Positions 29,210 through 39,862 of a DNA stretch of 55,279 nucleotides are shown in pieces; the first letter of the stretch is position 1; every line of letters begins with the position of its first letter. The notes beneath the pieces were generated by a model. That model made no database searches. It was not told the origin of the DNA and was given only the letters and a program-made list of their open reading frames with translations. Position numbers and translations under genes: made by a program. Origin of the DNA: a virus (taxonomy: Duplodnaviria; Caudoviricetes); the IMG/VR virus record IMGVR_UViG_3300011013_000014, positions 1 to 55,279 of that record; one strand, written 5' to 3'.

Positions 29210-30713
29210 TGAATTGGATTTCAACTCCGAGATACAGGTGCTTTTAAGCTCTGGCACTCTCAATACCTATATGGCTCATTACCTTAGTGATATGGGCAAG
29301 GAAGGGTTGAATGAGAAACTGTGGCAAGAGGCTATGGATGATGCCATAGAGGCATCTGTAGCGGGCGTGGACTCAGAAGAGGAATTCCTTACTTTTTTCT
29401 ATATTGATCATTTTGTTGAGCAGGCATGCGAAGATATATTCGGTGTTAAATTGGATGATAAGGAAGAGGCGGAATTAAAATATTTCATGTTTGACTTGCG
29501 CGGGGAAGTGGACTTTGGCGCTTTATCAACATATCATGGCGCTGTATTGCAATGGTTACAAAGCAAAAAGGATATTGAAACGAAGGCACATCCAAATCGC
29601 AAACCCTCTTTTGTTCCTTTGAGTAAATACAATATAGAGAATTGGAAAGCATTGGCTGAAAGAATAGCCAAGTCAGTAATGGTAGGGTTTTCCAGGGCGT
29701 TTGCATTAAAAGAGGCATCTTCTACTTTGGGGAACCAGGAACGGTTTGATTTTCTCGTTTGGTACAAGTATTTTGTCACTGGAGAGAATACCAAGTATGA
29801 TGTAAATTCTCAAATAAAAGCTAAGAATAGGGAGATAAGAGCGATGGCACATTTGGAAAAACAGGCAATATCGTTTGATAGTCAGTATTACTATATTCCC
29901 AAGTATAAGGAAGAGCCTAAGCCGGCTATAAGCAAAGATCCATTTACTCCCTATGACGATAAGGATGCCTCTGATTTTCAATCTGTTAGAAAGAAATTAA
30001 TGAGCCGTATTTTTGCCATCGACAAGCTTCTTGAGAAATATCGCAAGGTGCTTCCTGTAGACCAGGTTGATGGCATTGAAGATGCTATGACTGAGTTGCG
30101 AAAAAAGGTACGCAAATTAAAGATGGCTACCACTATCAGTGACACTATGATTAAGACAGCCAATATATTACGAAATAAGTTTTCTTTTAGCGAGGGAGCT
30201 GATGAGCTCATTGCTATTGCTGCTGAGCAAGAAGGTAAAGACTTTGAGGAGCCCAGTGCTGGGCAAATAGTTTTAGATAATAGGCAAACGGAGCTGCGCG
30301 CCATCATAGAAGAGTTGTACGAAGTAAGTCATGCTCTTAAAAATAGGAACCTAGTAAGGCGTTTGGCAGAGATTGACATTAGGCTGCATGGAATAAACAT
30401 GTCTAGCTTTTTCCCAGAGATTACCGACGCCCAATCACGCCTCATTGATGCTTATGGTTACGCTAGTAATAAAGTAGATGATGTGTTGCCACGCTTGCAG
30501 GGCGGCATCGCCTTGGAAGCCTTAGAAGACAAGGTTGATTCTAGTGAAAAGGGCAAGTCCTTGGCTGATGAGGTAAAAGATATGTCTAAAAATATAAAGG
30601 TGCCTAGCGAGCCCAAGCCACAGGGCGCTCCCACTCAAAAGCCAGTCCCATCTCTTATCAAGGACGTAGAGCCTGCCGAAGTGGCTAATATAGACGTGCC
30701 ATTGGCGGGATAA
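29202..30713 (+). CDS. hypothetical probable head protein
   Basis: Long ORF; KQA and KMA sites; MIKTANIL....EGADEL variant of the repeated module. Confidence 0.75.
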   Translation: MSDELDFNSEIQVLLSSGTLNTYMAHYLSDMGKEGLNEKLWQEAMDDAIEASVAGVDSEEEFLTFFYIDHFVEQACEDIFGVKLDDKEEAELKYFMFDLRGEVDFGALSTYHGAVLQWLQSKKDIETKAHPNRKPSFVPLSKYNIENWKALAERIAKSVMVGFSRAFALKEASSTLGNQERFDFLVWYKYFVTGENTKYDVNSQIKAKNREIRAMAHLEKQAISFDSQYYYIPKYKEEPKPAISKDPFTPYDDKDASDFQSVRKKLMSRIFAIDKLLEKYRKVLPVDQVDGIEDAMTELRKKVRKLKMATTISDTMIKTANILRNKFSFSEGADELIAIAAEQEGKDFEEPSAGQIVLDNRQTELRAIIEELYEVSHALKNRNLVRRLAEIDIRLHGINMSSFFPEITDAQSRLIDAYGYASNKVDDVLPRLQGGIALEALEDKVDSSEKGKSLADEVKDMSKNIKVPSEPKPQGAPTQKPVPSLIKDVEPAEVANIDVPLAG

Positions 30714-30714
30714 A

Positions 30715-31467
30715 ATGAAATTAGCTGAGATTCTAAATGTATTACAAGGAGTTGCTGACCAAAATGGCTTGAGCAAGCCATATGTTGTGGGTGGAATTCC
30801 ACGCAATATTATATTAGATATTTTGGATAATTTAAACGATGTGGATATAACTACCGGCTCAGCAGATATTGATGAGCTGGCTGATTTGTTTGCTGAAGCG
30901 CTTGGTGTTGAAGCCAAGGTTTTAAAGGATGGCCATAAGAAGGTCATATTCGAGGGAATATCTATTGACTTTTCTAGTAATTTTATGTATCCGAACATTG
31001 ATGAAATGCTTTCTGATATGGGAGTTACTGAAATAAATGACTTAGCAAGAGAGACTTATAGTAGGGATTTTACAGTTAATACCCTACTAACTCCTTTGGA
31101 TTTTAGCTCTATTATAGACTTAACAGGCAAGGGGGTATCTGACGTTAATGAGAGGCTACTGCGCTGCCCCGTTGATTGCAACTTAGCATTTAAACATTCT
31201 CCAATACGTATTATAAGGGCGTTTTATTATAGTGCCAAGTACGACCTGGCCCTATCAGGAGACGTTCAGAAAGCCGTGGTAAATAATCTTGATTTACTAG
31301 CCGGGGTGAGCAAGCAGTATATGGGAGATAAAGTTAATAAAATAGTTGAGATGAAGCCTAGCGTGCTAAGCACCATGATCGAGCTAGGAGTGCTGCACAA
31401 GGTACCCATGACTAAAGAACTAAGTAAGGCTTTGATCAAAAACAGGCAAATAGGCAAGGTACTATGA
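30715..31467 (+). CDS. class II CCA-adding/poly(A) polymerase-like nucleotidyltransferase (short, divergent)
   Basis: YVVGGIPRN, DVDITT, SRDFTVN, IIDLTGKG..D...LLR and PIRIIRA motifs. Confidence 0.85.
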   Translation: MKLAEILNVLQGVADQNGLSKPYVVGGIPRNIILDILDNLNDVDITTGSADIDELADLFAEALGVEAKVLKDGHKKVIFEGISIDFSSNFMYPNIDEMLSDMGVTEINDLARETYSRDFTVNTLLTPLDFSSIIDLTGKGVSDVNERLLRCPVDCNLAFKHSPIRIIRAFYYSAKYDLALSGDVQKAVVNNLDLLAGVSKQYMGDKVNKIVEMKPSVLSTMIELGVLHKVPMTKELSKALIKNRQIGKVL

Positions 31468-32036
31468 GCGTTGCTGTGCATTTACGCAAGTCATTTCGGA
31501 GCATGCTTCTTGACGTGGAATTAGAAAGGCGCGCCGCGTTTGAGGAAGCAGACTTGCCAGCATTGCATTGCTGGAGTAAAACTAGTAATGACTTAGGCTC
31601 TGTACTTGCTTTGTCAGATGTTGACTTAATTAGATTTACTGCATTTGCAGTTGCAAGCAAAAGCAAGCCAAGTGGTTACTTATTGCCCAGAAAACAGGTG
31701 TTTAGGAATAATTATGATTATGGTGAGGGGTGGCCTACCATGATGGATGATTTTAGATCTGGAAAAATAAAGGGAGTGCGTGATTTTATTGAAAAGAAAC
31801 GCAATGATCCTCCTGTTATTAAGGACTTGTATGAGGGCGATGCTGGTAATAAGAAAAAGGCTGGCAAAAGTGGTAAAAAGAAGAAGAAGGAACGGGCTGG
31901 CCTGGCATTTGACCCCCTGCTCTTTGATTCTTACTGTAAGCAGAAATCAAAATATTGGAAAAAGAACCGCAAATCCCCCTCTGATGCTGTAGAGGATTTT
32001 ATCGAATACTCTGAAAGTGTGGATTGTTATCAATGA
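31464..32036 (+). CDS. hypothetical basic protein
   Basis: ATGA-coupled ORF with a Lys-rich segment. Confidence 0.7.
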   Translation: MSVAVHLRKSFRSMLLDVELERRAAFEEADLPALHCWSKTSNDLGSVLALSDVDLIRFTAFAVASKSKPSGYLLPRKQVFRNNYDYGEGWPTMMDDFRSGKIKGVRDFIEKKRNDPPVIKDLYEGDAGNKKKAGKSGKKKKKERAGLAFDPLLFDSYCKQKSKYWKKNRKSPSDAVEDFIEYSESVDCYQ

Positions 32037-32575
32037 CTGAATTGCCCATTATAAAAGAAGCTATAATACGATCGCCAGATGGGCGCAAGTGTCCTTATGG
32101 TTTGGAAATTGCAATTTCGTGTCATAATGCTGGTCAAAGCGTTGATCAAATGCAGGTGTTGGACTCTTTGCCGGCAGAGAAAAGAGATAGGTGCGCCGCT
32201 AGCAATAGAAAGGTTTATAGGCATCATCAAAATGGCGAAAGATGTGTTTATGCGGATAAAATAGTAGAGGGCAAAGACTTTGTTCATTGCGATCTAGGAG
32301 AGCCGGGTGAGCGCATTAGCGACACTCCCATGAGGCCAGCGCCTTATTATCCCAGAGTGTTTAACGGACTGGGGCAATCTGGCCTTTATAGCTGGCAGAT
32401 GGGAGATTATACTGATTATTCAGGCTCCTATCAGTTATTTGACTCGTTGTTCTTCGCCATGTATGCGTCAGGTTGGAAAATAGGAATAGAGAAAGTATCT
32501 TCTAAAGATTACAGTTCTAAATATTATTATGAAATAGATGGTATTTGGGCAGAAAATGATTCGGAGGCAGAATAA
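32033..32575 (+). CDS. hypothetical Cys-containing protein
   Basis: KEA near the N-terminus, then CPYGL...CHNAG...CVYAD...CD. Confidence 0.7.
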   Translation: MTELPIIKEAIIRSPDGRKCPYGLEIAISCHNAGQSVDQMQVLDSLPAEKRDRCAASNRKVYRHHQNGERCVYADKIVEGKDFVHCDLGEPGERISDTPMRPAPYYPRVFNGLGQSGLYSWQMGDYTDYSGSYQLFDSLFFAMYASGWKIGIEKVSSKDYSSKYYYEIDGIWAENDSEAE

Positions 32576-33483
32576 TGGAAATTGTAGATTTGGGTGAGCT
32601 ACCGCTCGATGTTGTAGAAGTAGAGCTGCCAGAGGGCGTTGAGGTAGAAGATCTTGGATCTGATATCCCTATGTTACCTGGAGCGTTAGAAGCAATTCTA
32701 GAACCAGAGGTAGAAGTGGAAGACTCTGCTAGGCCAAAAACGTGGGAAGAGGACAATGATCATGGTCAGTTTATCATATATATGACAAGACGAGTAGATG
32801 AAATTCCTCAACACAGCGGCCAAACAACTGTGGGGTGCGAGAAAGCTATTGCTTTCCTTAAACGACTGGATAAAGAAATAAGTCGTGCCGTGCAGTCCGA
32901 TGAAGATAATGTAATTGATGAGGGCGAAGCAGAGGGGCTACGGGACAAAATAAATGATTATATATCGAAATTAGATGAAGCTCTTGAACGGCTAATGTCT
33001 GATAAACGCCCCAAAAAGAAGGCGTCTGTTCGCCTTGGCAAGAATGTAGTTGCGCGCATGAATGATGGCGTTGATATAGGGTATTATATTCCAGTTATTC
33101 GTGATGATGAAGAAGAGCTCTTAAAAGTAACACTTGCAGAGCCTACCCCTGAACAAGTGCAGCTTTTTACATCAGCCGATGATGAGCGCAGTGGCCTTAA
33201 AAAAGAAGGGCAGACTGCAAAAATAGTCTTAATCGAGGATCCTTTCTTGCACAGCATTACTAGAATTTTAATTAATTCTCACGTTTCTGCAGGTAGGAAT
33301 ATTGAGGAAGTATATGATAATTTAAAAAAGAAATATGCATTTACTTCTCGCGAAGAGCTGAGCATACAGGAGCTCTTGCTGCAAAAAGGCATGCCAATTT
33401 TTAAGGATTTCGGTAGGATTGGAGAGGAAGCAGACCCTGCCGATGGCAAGGGCGTAGAGTTTTCAACTACTTATCAATCATAG
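32575..33483 (+). CDS. hypothetical acidic protein
   Basis: SD GGAGG; KKAS site at an apparent domain boundary. Confidence 0.75.
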   Translation: MEIVDLGELPLDVVEVELPEGVEVEDLGSDIPMLPGALEAILEPEVEVEDSARPKTWEEDNDHGQFIIYMTRRVDEIPQHSGQTTVGCEKAIAFLKRLDKEISRAVQSDEDNVIDEGEAEGLRDKINDYISKLDEALERLMSDKRPKKKASVRLGKNVVARMNDGVDIGYYIPVIRDDEEELLKVTLAEPTPEQVQLFTSADDERSGLKKEGQTAKIVLIEDPFLHSITRILINSHVSAGRNIEEVYDNLKKKYAFTSREELSIQELLLQKGMPIFKDFGRIGEEADPADGKGVEFSTTYQS

Positions 33484-33492
33484 GAGGCCGTC

Positions 33493-34086
33493 ATGAGTGA
33501 AATTGGAGCAAAAGAACTGCAGTGGATTTTATCTGGTCCTGCATTTGGTAGAAATAACCAGCAAGCAAGGCAGATGAGAGGAGAGCAAAAAGCCGATTGG
33601 ATGGAGGCTTTTATTATGGCTAACTCCAAAAATGACCCCACTATTAATGCAGCAACTGGCATTAAACACACCGTGGATTCTATTGTGGCTGAGCTTAGAG
33701 AACGAGTGCAATTGGATGCCTTTACCAAGCAGGCCTCGCTTACTCCCCCGCTGGCTGTAAAGGCTTCTGACGGTGATCAGAAAGCTATACTGGAAGTAAT
33801 GGCCGATTACGTTACAAGGCATTACCTGCTTCCTGAGCGCGGCAGAACGTCACTTCCTGCCTTGTTCGAAGCCATTAAGGATAGGTTCGGAACTAAAGTC
33901 ATAGTGGCAGCAGGCGGCCCAGATTATATTAAAGAATTGCTCGCTAAACTAAAAGGAGATCATGAAACTCCTAATTTGGCTGATGGCCTGCCCACTTATG
34001 ACGGACAGCCCCTAACCGTACGGTATGATGGAGATATGCGCGATAGCTCTAACTTTCTAACGCAAGACGCCGGCAGTGTAATTTAA
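33493..34086 (+). CDS. hypothetical protein
   Basis: SD AGGAGG; KQASLTPPLAVKA motif. Confidence 0.75.
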   Translation: MSEIGAKELQWILSGPAFGRNNQQARQMRGEQKADWMEAFIMANSKNDPTINAATGIKHTVDSIVAELRERVQLDAFTKQASLTPPLAVKASDGDQKAILEVMADYVTRHYLLPERGRTSLPALFEAIKDRFGTKVIVAAGGPDYIKELLAKLKGDHETPNLADGLPTYDGQPLTVRYDGDMRDSSNFLTQDAGSVI

Positions 34087-34095
34087 AGGTGATTA

Positions 34096-34578
34096 GTGGA
34101 AAGTGCAATATATCATATATTGGATGAAAAGGATAGAGAGCATATAGGTTCGGCAGTTAATTTTACTAAAAAAAAGGGCGCTCACTTAACTCTCTTGCGG
34201 AATAATAGACATTATAATCCAAAATTGCAAAATGCCTTCAACAAATACGGTGAAGGTTTTTTTGTATTCGAACCTATAGTTTATTGTGAAAAAGAAGATC
34301 TATTAGGGACTGAACAAGTACTAATCGACAATCTTGAGCTTCATTACAATATAGCAAAATGTACCACAGCACCAATGATGGGGCGAAAACATACAAAGGA
34401 AGCTATTGCTAAGAGTACTAAGCGCGGTAAAGATCACTCCTGGCTTGGTCGGGCGCATACAGATGAGACTAAAGCGAAAGCAGCTCGTGAGTCTGGAGTA
34501 AGCGCTTCTTGCATTACTTGTGTTTGTAGAGGTAAAGTGATATCCTCCGGTGGATTTGGATTGAGGTACATAACATGA
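34096..34578 (+). pseudogene. degenerate GIY-YIG homing endonuclease with NUMOD3 repeats
   Basis: AIY...HIGSA in place of GIY..YIG, expected catalytic Arg missing, H.N..LQNAFNKYG, YNI, two G..HT.E..AK repeats fused directly to a truncated HTH. Confidence 0.65.
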
Positions 34579-36416
34579 GTAATGTTTCTTTGAAAGCAAA
34601 GCCGGATGCGCATCTTGATCTTTTTAAAGATTTAAAAAAGGAGCTTGCGGTTCTTGATCCCGTGGCGTTTGCCGAAAACCATTTAATGATAGACGGGAAG
34701 CCGTTTAATATGACTGGTACGGGCTGGAAGTTTATGACAGATGTTTATCGCGAGATAGCAGCGCAGGCAAGCAGCAAAGATGCCAAGCCAATTGTAATCC
34801 TCAAATCACGCCAGATAGGCGCCACATTGCTCGCTGCTGTGCTTTCCTTGTACTTTACAGCATCTGGGCTTTATGGGTCTGTGCACGGAAGGCCGCCTAT
34901 TCGTGTGCTACATGTTTTCCCAACCCTAGGGCTTATGGGCAAATATTCTAAAGATAAATTGAGCACGCTAATATCTAGCTCACAAGAAAACTTTATTGAA
35001 AAGAGAGCGGCCCATAATGATCCTGACTTAAAAAGAACAACTCCGGAGGATACGCTTACTGAAAAAACTTTTGCTGGCGGTAATAAGTTAAGAATTGATT
35101 CTCTTGGTCGCGATGCTGATCGCTTGCGTGGCCTATCCGAGGATGTACTGTTTTTTGATGAAATTCAAGATATGGGGCAAATAGCAGTTGAGACGGCCTT
35201 GCGAGTATTGACCATGGCCCAGTATGGACCTCCAGGGCAGGGGGTGCAGCTGTATTTCGGCACTCCTAAAAACACGGGTTCCTATTTTTGGGAGCTATGG
35301 AATATTTCTGATCAGCGGTTCTACCAGTTGCGCTGTACTGACTGCGGCCATTATTTCTTTTTTTACACATTGGGAAATGATGAATGGCGCACAATCTGGA
35401 TTGAGGGTTTTATTATTCAGTGCCCGGAGTGTGGTCACAGACAGGATAAGAAGGACGCTATCGAGGGCGGTCGTTGGGAAGCTACGAAGCCTGGCAAGGA
35501 CAAGTATGTGGGTTACCACATGAATGTGTTGTTAAATCCTATATTTACCAAGGAAGCGGTATTAGACTTGGACCCCAATGTTAATCCTACTCGTAGTCAC
35601 CGTGCTTGGCATAATGAGACTATGGGCGACTTTTTTAGTAGCTCTAACATGACCGTGTCCTTTGAAGATTTGCGAGCTACTTGTTTGAATCCAGAACGAG
35701 GCTTGGCTCGCAGGGTCCGCAATGACAAAGATAAAGTTTATATAATGGGAATTGACTGGGGCGATAAGATTGAGGCCGAAGATGATGATGGCGGGAAGGG
35801 CAAATCTTATACCGTAATAGTTATTCTTTCCTTTGATAAGCGAGGATTTTTTACTGTTGAGAACGCTTGGAAGTTACCTAAAAATGATTTTGAGTATAAA
35901 ATTGAGGTAATAGAGCATTTGTTTCGTATGTTTAAGATCCGTGTTTGTGTAGCGGATTATATGTGGGGAAATGATGTAGTTACTCATATGCAGACGGCAT
36001 TAGATTACGGTACTAAGTTTTTAGGGTGTATTAATAGTGGAAATGTGGGTAGTACTCTGACTTATAAGCCCAAGCAACTACAAGTAACTCTGAATAAAGA
36101 TCTAATGCTGGATGAAGTATTTTCTATGATGAAGAAAGGAAAGGTACAATTCCCCGCTAAAGATGATTCTTACGACCGTATTGAGTGGCTTTTAAGGCAT
36201 TGTGCATCAATGGAAATAACAGTTGCTAAGCGCCACGGTAGTCCGGTAAAGAAATACGTAAAAGGCATAGGGCCTAATGACGGCTTGATGGCCCTTATGT
36301 ATGCACTGGTAGCATATAAGTTTATAGCAACTAATGGTTTTAAGGGCTTGTCTAGCAGCAAGGCTGACGGGCAGCGGCCAATGCCTTCGGTTGCATATAT
36401 ACCAGGAATGAGGTAA
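34575..36416 (+). CDS. terL: terminase large subunit (GpA-like)
   Basis: ILKSRQIGAT Walker A, LFFDEIQD Walker B, GTP coupling motif, CTDC/CPEC zinc finger, GIDWG nuclease motif, late ND. Confidence 0.9.
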   Translation: MSNVSLKAKPDAHLDLFKDLKKELAVLDPVAFAENHLMIDGKPFNMTGTGWKFMTDVYREIAAQASSKDAKPIVILKSRQIGATLLAAVLSLYFTASGLYGSVHGRPPIRVLHVFPTLGLMGKYSKDKLSTLISSSQENFIEKRAAHNDPDLKRTTPEDTLTEKTFAGGNKLRIDSLGRDADRLRGLSEDVLFFDEIQDMGQIAVETALRVLTMAQYGPPGQGVQLYFGTPKNTGSYFWELWNISDQRFYQLRCTDCGHYFFFYTLGNDEWRTIWIEGFIIQCPECGHRQDKKDAIEGGRWEATKPGKDKYVGYHMNVLLNPIFTKEAVLDLDPNVNPTRSHRAWHNETMGDFFSSSNMTVSFEDLRATCLNPERGLARRVRNDKDKVYIMGIDWGDKIEAEDDDGGKGKSYTVIVILSFDKRGFFTVENAWKLPKNDFEYKIEVIEHLFRMFKIRVCVADYMWGNDVVTHMQTALDYGTKFLGCINSGNVGSTLTYKPKQLQVTLNKDLMLDEVFSMMKKGKVQFPAKDDSYDRIEWLLRHCASMEITVAKRHGSPVKKYVKGIGPNDGLMALMYALVAYKFIATNGFKGLSSSKADGQRPMPSVAYIPGMR

Positions 36417-36421
36417 ATATT

Positions 36422-39400
36422 ATGAGTGGCAGCAGGTGGGAAGACGGATCGAGCACGAGCAATACTTTTCAGGAATTCCACGAAAATAGCAAGTGGGACC
36501 AGATGCATTATAATGCGCTCGCAAACCGAAGGGGGCTGGCTGTAGATAATAGCATTCAGCACGGACGGGGGTTGTCTCAGAGCGAGGCGGCCTTAATGAA
36601 TCGCAGGCAGTACGATGCTAGCATTTCCAATGATAATTTTAAAAAATTAAGTAGCACCCGCCAGGCTTATTTTGAAGACATGCAAGCCCGGGCCAATGAG
36701 GAACGGGGAGGCCGCCCTGATTTGGGCATAGGCTCTTCTTATAGTAGGGAATCAGAGCTCAGAAAATATGCTAGAGAGGAAGAAATAAGGAAGTTTTCCA
36801 GTGTGTCTGGAACAGGCGGCGGGTCCTTAGGGGCTAGCACAAATACAGTTCATATGGCACCGGAAGTATACTCCCCTTTATTTCTCACTCAAAATTTACA
36901 GCTGCCTAGGGACAGAATAACAGCGAATGCTTGGAATCGGGCATTTTATGAAACAAATCCTTACGTACGTAACGCTATCAACCTCCATGCTACTTATCCA
37001 ATTAGTAAGTTTAATTTAACTTGTGATGATAAGGAAGTAGAGAAGTTTTTCCTTGATATGTGTGAGCGCATTGATATACAAACAGTGATTCATCAAGTAG
37101 CCTTAGAGTACCACAAGATAGGAGAGGCATTTGTTTATGCTTCTTTTGATGAAACCTCTGGTATGTGGGACCAGGTGTACTTGCACAACCCGGATTATAT
37201 GAGGGTTAAGAGCTCTCCCATTCCAACAAAGGTCCCGTCTATTTCTCTAAGGCCTGATCCAGAGTTGCAACGGATAGTTAATAGCTCTGATCCTGAGCAT
37301 ATAAAGATGCGAGAACAGATAGATCCTAAAATCATTGATCATGTTATTAGGAATGAATATATTCCTCTGGATAGCTTTAATATCAGCCATTTGAAATTGC
37401 TGGCCTCTCCATATGATGTGCGCGGCACTTCCATGATAGTTAGTGCTTGGAAGGATCTAATGCACTATGATAAATTAAGAGAATGCCACGATTCTGAAAC
37501 CGAGGTATTGACTGAAAGTGGCTTCAGGAGCTGGTCTGAGGCCATTGAGCTGAGCAGCGTAAAAGCAGACGGCCCGAAGGCCAATGCAGACGAGCCGAAG
37601 CCCAAAGCTGGCATTAAAATTGCCTGTTTTAATCCAGAAAATGAGAGCATAGAGTTTCACGAACCGACCCGCGCTGTAGCTTACAAGTATGAAGGAGACA
37701 TGGTCCATTTTAATGGACAAAAAGTTGACATAATGGTAACTCCTAACCATCAAATGCTTGTACAGAAAAAGACCAAGAAAAAAGGGTGGTGTGAATGGAG
37801 TGATATTGCAGCTGGTGACATGACTATGGGGTCGCTTTACAGGTTTCGCTCTAAAGCAGGCTGGGAGGGTGAGACTTTAGACACGGTAGAATTTGCAGGA
37901 AAAGCTATAGATACTAATTTATTTATGGAATTTTTAGGCTACGTAGTAAGTGAAGGGTGTGTGTATCACAATGCTAAAAATCATGATAGCAAGGTATCTA
38001 TAAACCAACTACTTACTCAGCCCCATTATGAGCCCATGAGGGATAATTTTAAGAAAATAGCTACTATTTTTGATAGAAAGCTATCTGAGCGTACTTTTAT
38101 GCAATCCAGCGGCTATTCGGAGCTGTCTCCAAAGGAGATTTGGAGCGGTGTGATTTGTCACAAAGAAATGGTTGCAGAGTTTAAAAAACAGATAGGCACA
38201 GAAGGCAGGACTGGCTCGTATGATAAGCGCTTGCCTAGGTGGGTTTTCAAGCTAGCTACTGAGCACTTAGAGGTGCTGCTAAAAGCGCTGGTTGCTGGTG
38301 ACGGATCTATAATTCCCAGTCCTTATGGAGCGGCCGAAAATGGTTTCCGCTACAATACCGTGTCAAAACAGTTAGCAGATGATGTTAGTGAAGTGGCTTA
38401 TAGATGCGGATTCGTGCCTGCTGTGAATGAATACCAGCGTCCTGATCGTGATTTCAAAGAATACCTAGTGTCTTGGTCTGAAACTAACTATGGTGACTTT
38501 CCCTCTGTGTATGGCAATAAGAATCATGGTGGCGCTGACATAGACAGGGTTCCTTATAATGACTACGTGTGGTGCTTCGAGGTGCCTACGGGTTATTTTG
38601 TTACCCGTCGTAATGGAAAAATCACTATTCAGCACAATTGCAAATACAGCCAGGCTGACGGGCTCGTTAATCCGATTACTTTAATCAAAGTAGGCGCTGC
38701 TGGACCAGACGGATTTTACCCTAGGCAAGAGGAGCTAGATGCCTGGAGGCAGGTATTCGAAGCTGGGCAGTATGATAAAGATTTTAAAATAGTAACACAT
38801 GATGCTGTTAGTGTAGAGCGTGTTGGGTCCGCAGGATCTGTAATAGATGTCAGTGCGGACTTTAATCTTATTCTAGATAATATTCTTGTAGGCTTGATGG
38901 TTCCTAAATCGATTATGAATCAGGAAGGATCTTCCTATGCCTCTGCCTCGGTAGCTTTGGATGTTATGCGCCAGCGGTATAATAGTTTTAGGAATATGAT
39001 GTCCAACTGGTTGGAGAAGAAAATATTTGCTCCCATAAGCGAAGTACAGGGATTTTACAAGTTAGATGGTGGCAAAAAGAGATTAATCATTCCCAAAATA
39101 GAGTGGAACCACATGACTCTTTATGATCTTGATAATTATATTTCTCAAATTTCTCAGCTAGTAGACAAGCAGCGGGTCTCTCAGCATACTTTGGACTATA
39201 GTTTGGGCTTAAATCGTAATAACGAGGATGTGCATTTGCGTCAGGAAATGATCGAGAGTGCCATACGCCAGCAAGAGATGGCAGCTTTGGGCAAGTTAAG
39301 TTTGGCAGAATTGCGTGGTCTAGACCCAGAGAAGCCTGTAGTTATTCAAGAGCAAGGAGACGCCCTTCCTGGGCAGGCAATGCCTGGAATTCCTGGTGGT

Positions 39401-39562
39401 GACATGGGCGGTGGCCTTGGTGGTGGCGGCATGGGCGGACTACCTCCGTTACCTCCTCCTCCAATGGGCGGCGGGCTCCCACCTCCACCTCCCGCTGGCG
39501 GTCTTGATCTAGGGCCACTTCCTGGTGGCGGGGCCGACCTGCCTCCCTTACCTCCGGGCTAA
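36422..39562 (+). CDS. portal protein (intein-containing, Pro/Gly-rich C-tail)
   Basis: Directly after terL; portal-like segments FYETNPYVRNAI, EYHKIGEAF, RGTSMI, ILVGLMVP..I...GSSYAS. Confidence 0.8.
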   Translation: MSGSRWEDGSSTSNTFQEFHENSKWDQMHYNALANRRGLAVDNSIQHGRGLSQSEAALMNRRQYDASISNDNFKKLSSTRQAYFEDMQARANEERGGRPDLGIGSSYSRESELRKYAREEEIRKFSSVSGTGGGSLGASTNTVHMAPEVYSPLFLTQNLQLPRDRITANAWNRAFYETNPYVRNAINLHATYPISKFNLTCDDKEVEKFFLDMCERIDIQTVIHQVALEYHKIGEAFVYASFDETSGMWDQVYLHNPDYMRVKSSPIPTKVPSISLRPDPELQRIVNSSDPEHIKMREQIDPKIIDHVIRNEYIPLDSFNISHLKLLASPYDVRGTSMIVSAWKDLMHYDKLRECHDSETEVLTESGFRSWSEAIELSSVKADGPKANADEPKPKAGIKIACFNPENESIEFHEPTRAVAYKYEGDMVHFNGQKVDIMVTPNHQMLVQKKTKKKGWCEWSDIAAGDMTMGSLYRFRSKAGWEGETLDTVEFAGKAIDTNLFMEFLGYVVSEGCVYHNAKNHDSKVSINQLLTQPHYEPMRDNFKKIATIFDRKLSERTFMQSSGYSELSPKEIWSGVICHKEMVAEFKKQIGTEGRTGSYDKRLPRWVFKLATEHLEVLLKALVAGDGSIIPSPYGAAENGFRYNTVSKQLADDVSEVAYRCGFVPAVNEYQRPDRDFKEYLVSWSETNYGDFPSVYGNKNHGGADIDRVPYNDYVWCFEVPTGYFVTRRNGKITIQHNCKYSQADGLVNPITLIKVGAAGPDGFYPRQEELDAWRQVFEAGQYDKDFKIVTHDAVSVERVGSAGSVIDVSADFNLILDNILVGLMVPKSIMNQEGSSYASASVALDVMRQRYNSFRNMMSNWLEKKIFAPISEVQGFYKLDGGKKRLIIPKIEWNHMTLYDLDNYISQISQLVDKQRVSQHTLDYSLGLNRNNEDVHLRQEMIESAIRQQEMAALGKLSLAELRGLDPEKPVVIQEQGDALPGQAMPGIPGGDMGGGLGGGGMGGLPPLPPPPMGGGLPPPPPAGGLDLGPLPGGGADLPPLPPG
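37484..38638 (+). mobile_element. intein with LAGLIDADG endonuclease (385 aa) in the portal
   Basis: Begins CHDSETEVLT, block B VTPNH, LAGLIDADG-like LGYVVSEG and LVAGDGS, block F VWCFEVP, ends QHN with +1 Cys. Confidence 0.92.
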
Positions 39563-39565
39563 TGA

Positions 39566-39862
39566 ATGAAAGCATTAGATGGACTTATAGGGGCCTTGTG
39601 GTATGACCGCATGGCCCCCGTATTCAAAATACTGGATACTTTCGACAATATGGCGCGTGATGCTACTAAGCGAGGCAAAACTGAGTTAGTTCGCGAGTTG
39701 CGCACTCGTTTAACAGAGTGGAATGACTCTATTAATAATTCCCAAGTATATTACGATGATAAGACCAATGTCGTCTTGAAGAGCAATTTGACTCGTTCTA
39801 TGTATGAAATAAGAAAATTGGTTAACATTATAGATGACAGGCTAGGTGGTTTAAAAAAATGA
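39566..39862 (+). CDS. hypothetical protein
   Basis: 98-aa ORF filling the gap between neighbours. Confidence 0.65.
   Translation: MKALDGLIGALWYDRMAPVFKILDTFDNMARDATKRGKTELVRELRTRLTEWNDSINNSQVYYDDKTNVVLKSNLTRSMYEIRKLVNIIDDRLGGLKK

Noticed and set aside
29830-29846. Second nested start (GGGAG, 9 nt, ATG at 29844) in the 29202 gene
   Set aside because: In frame but with a weaker SD and longer spacing; not enough support to call
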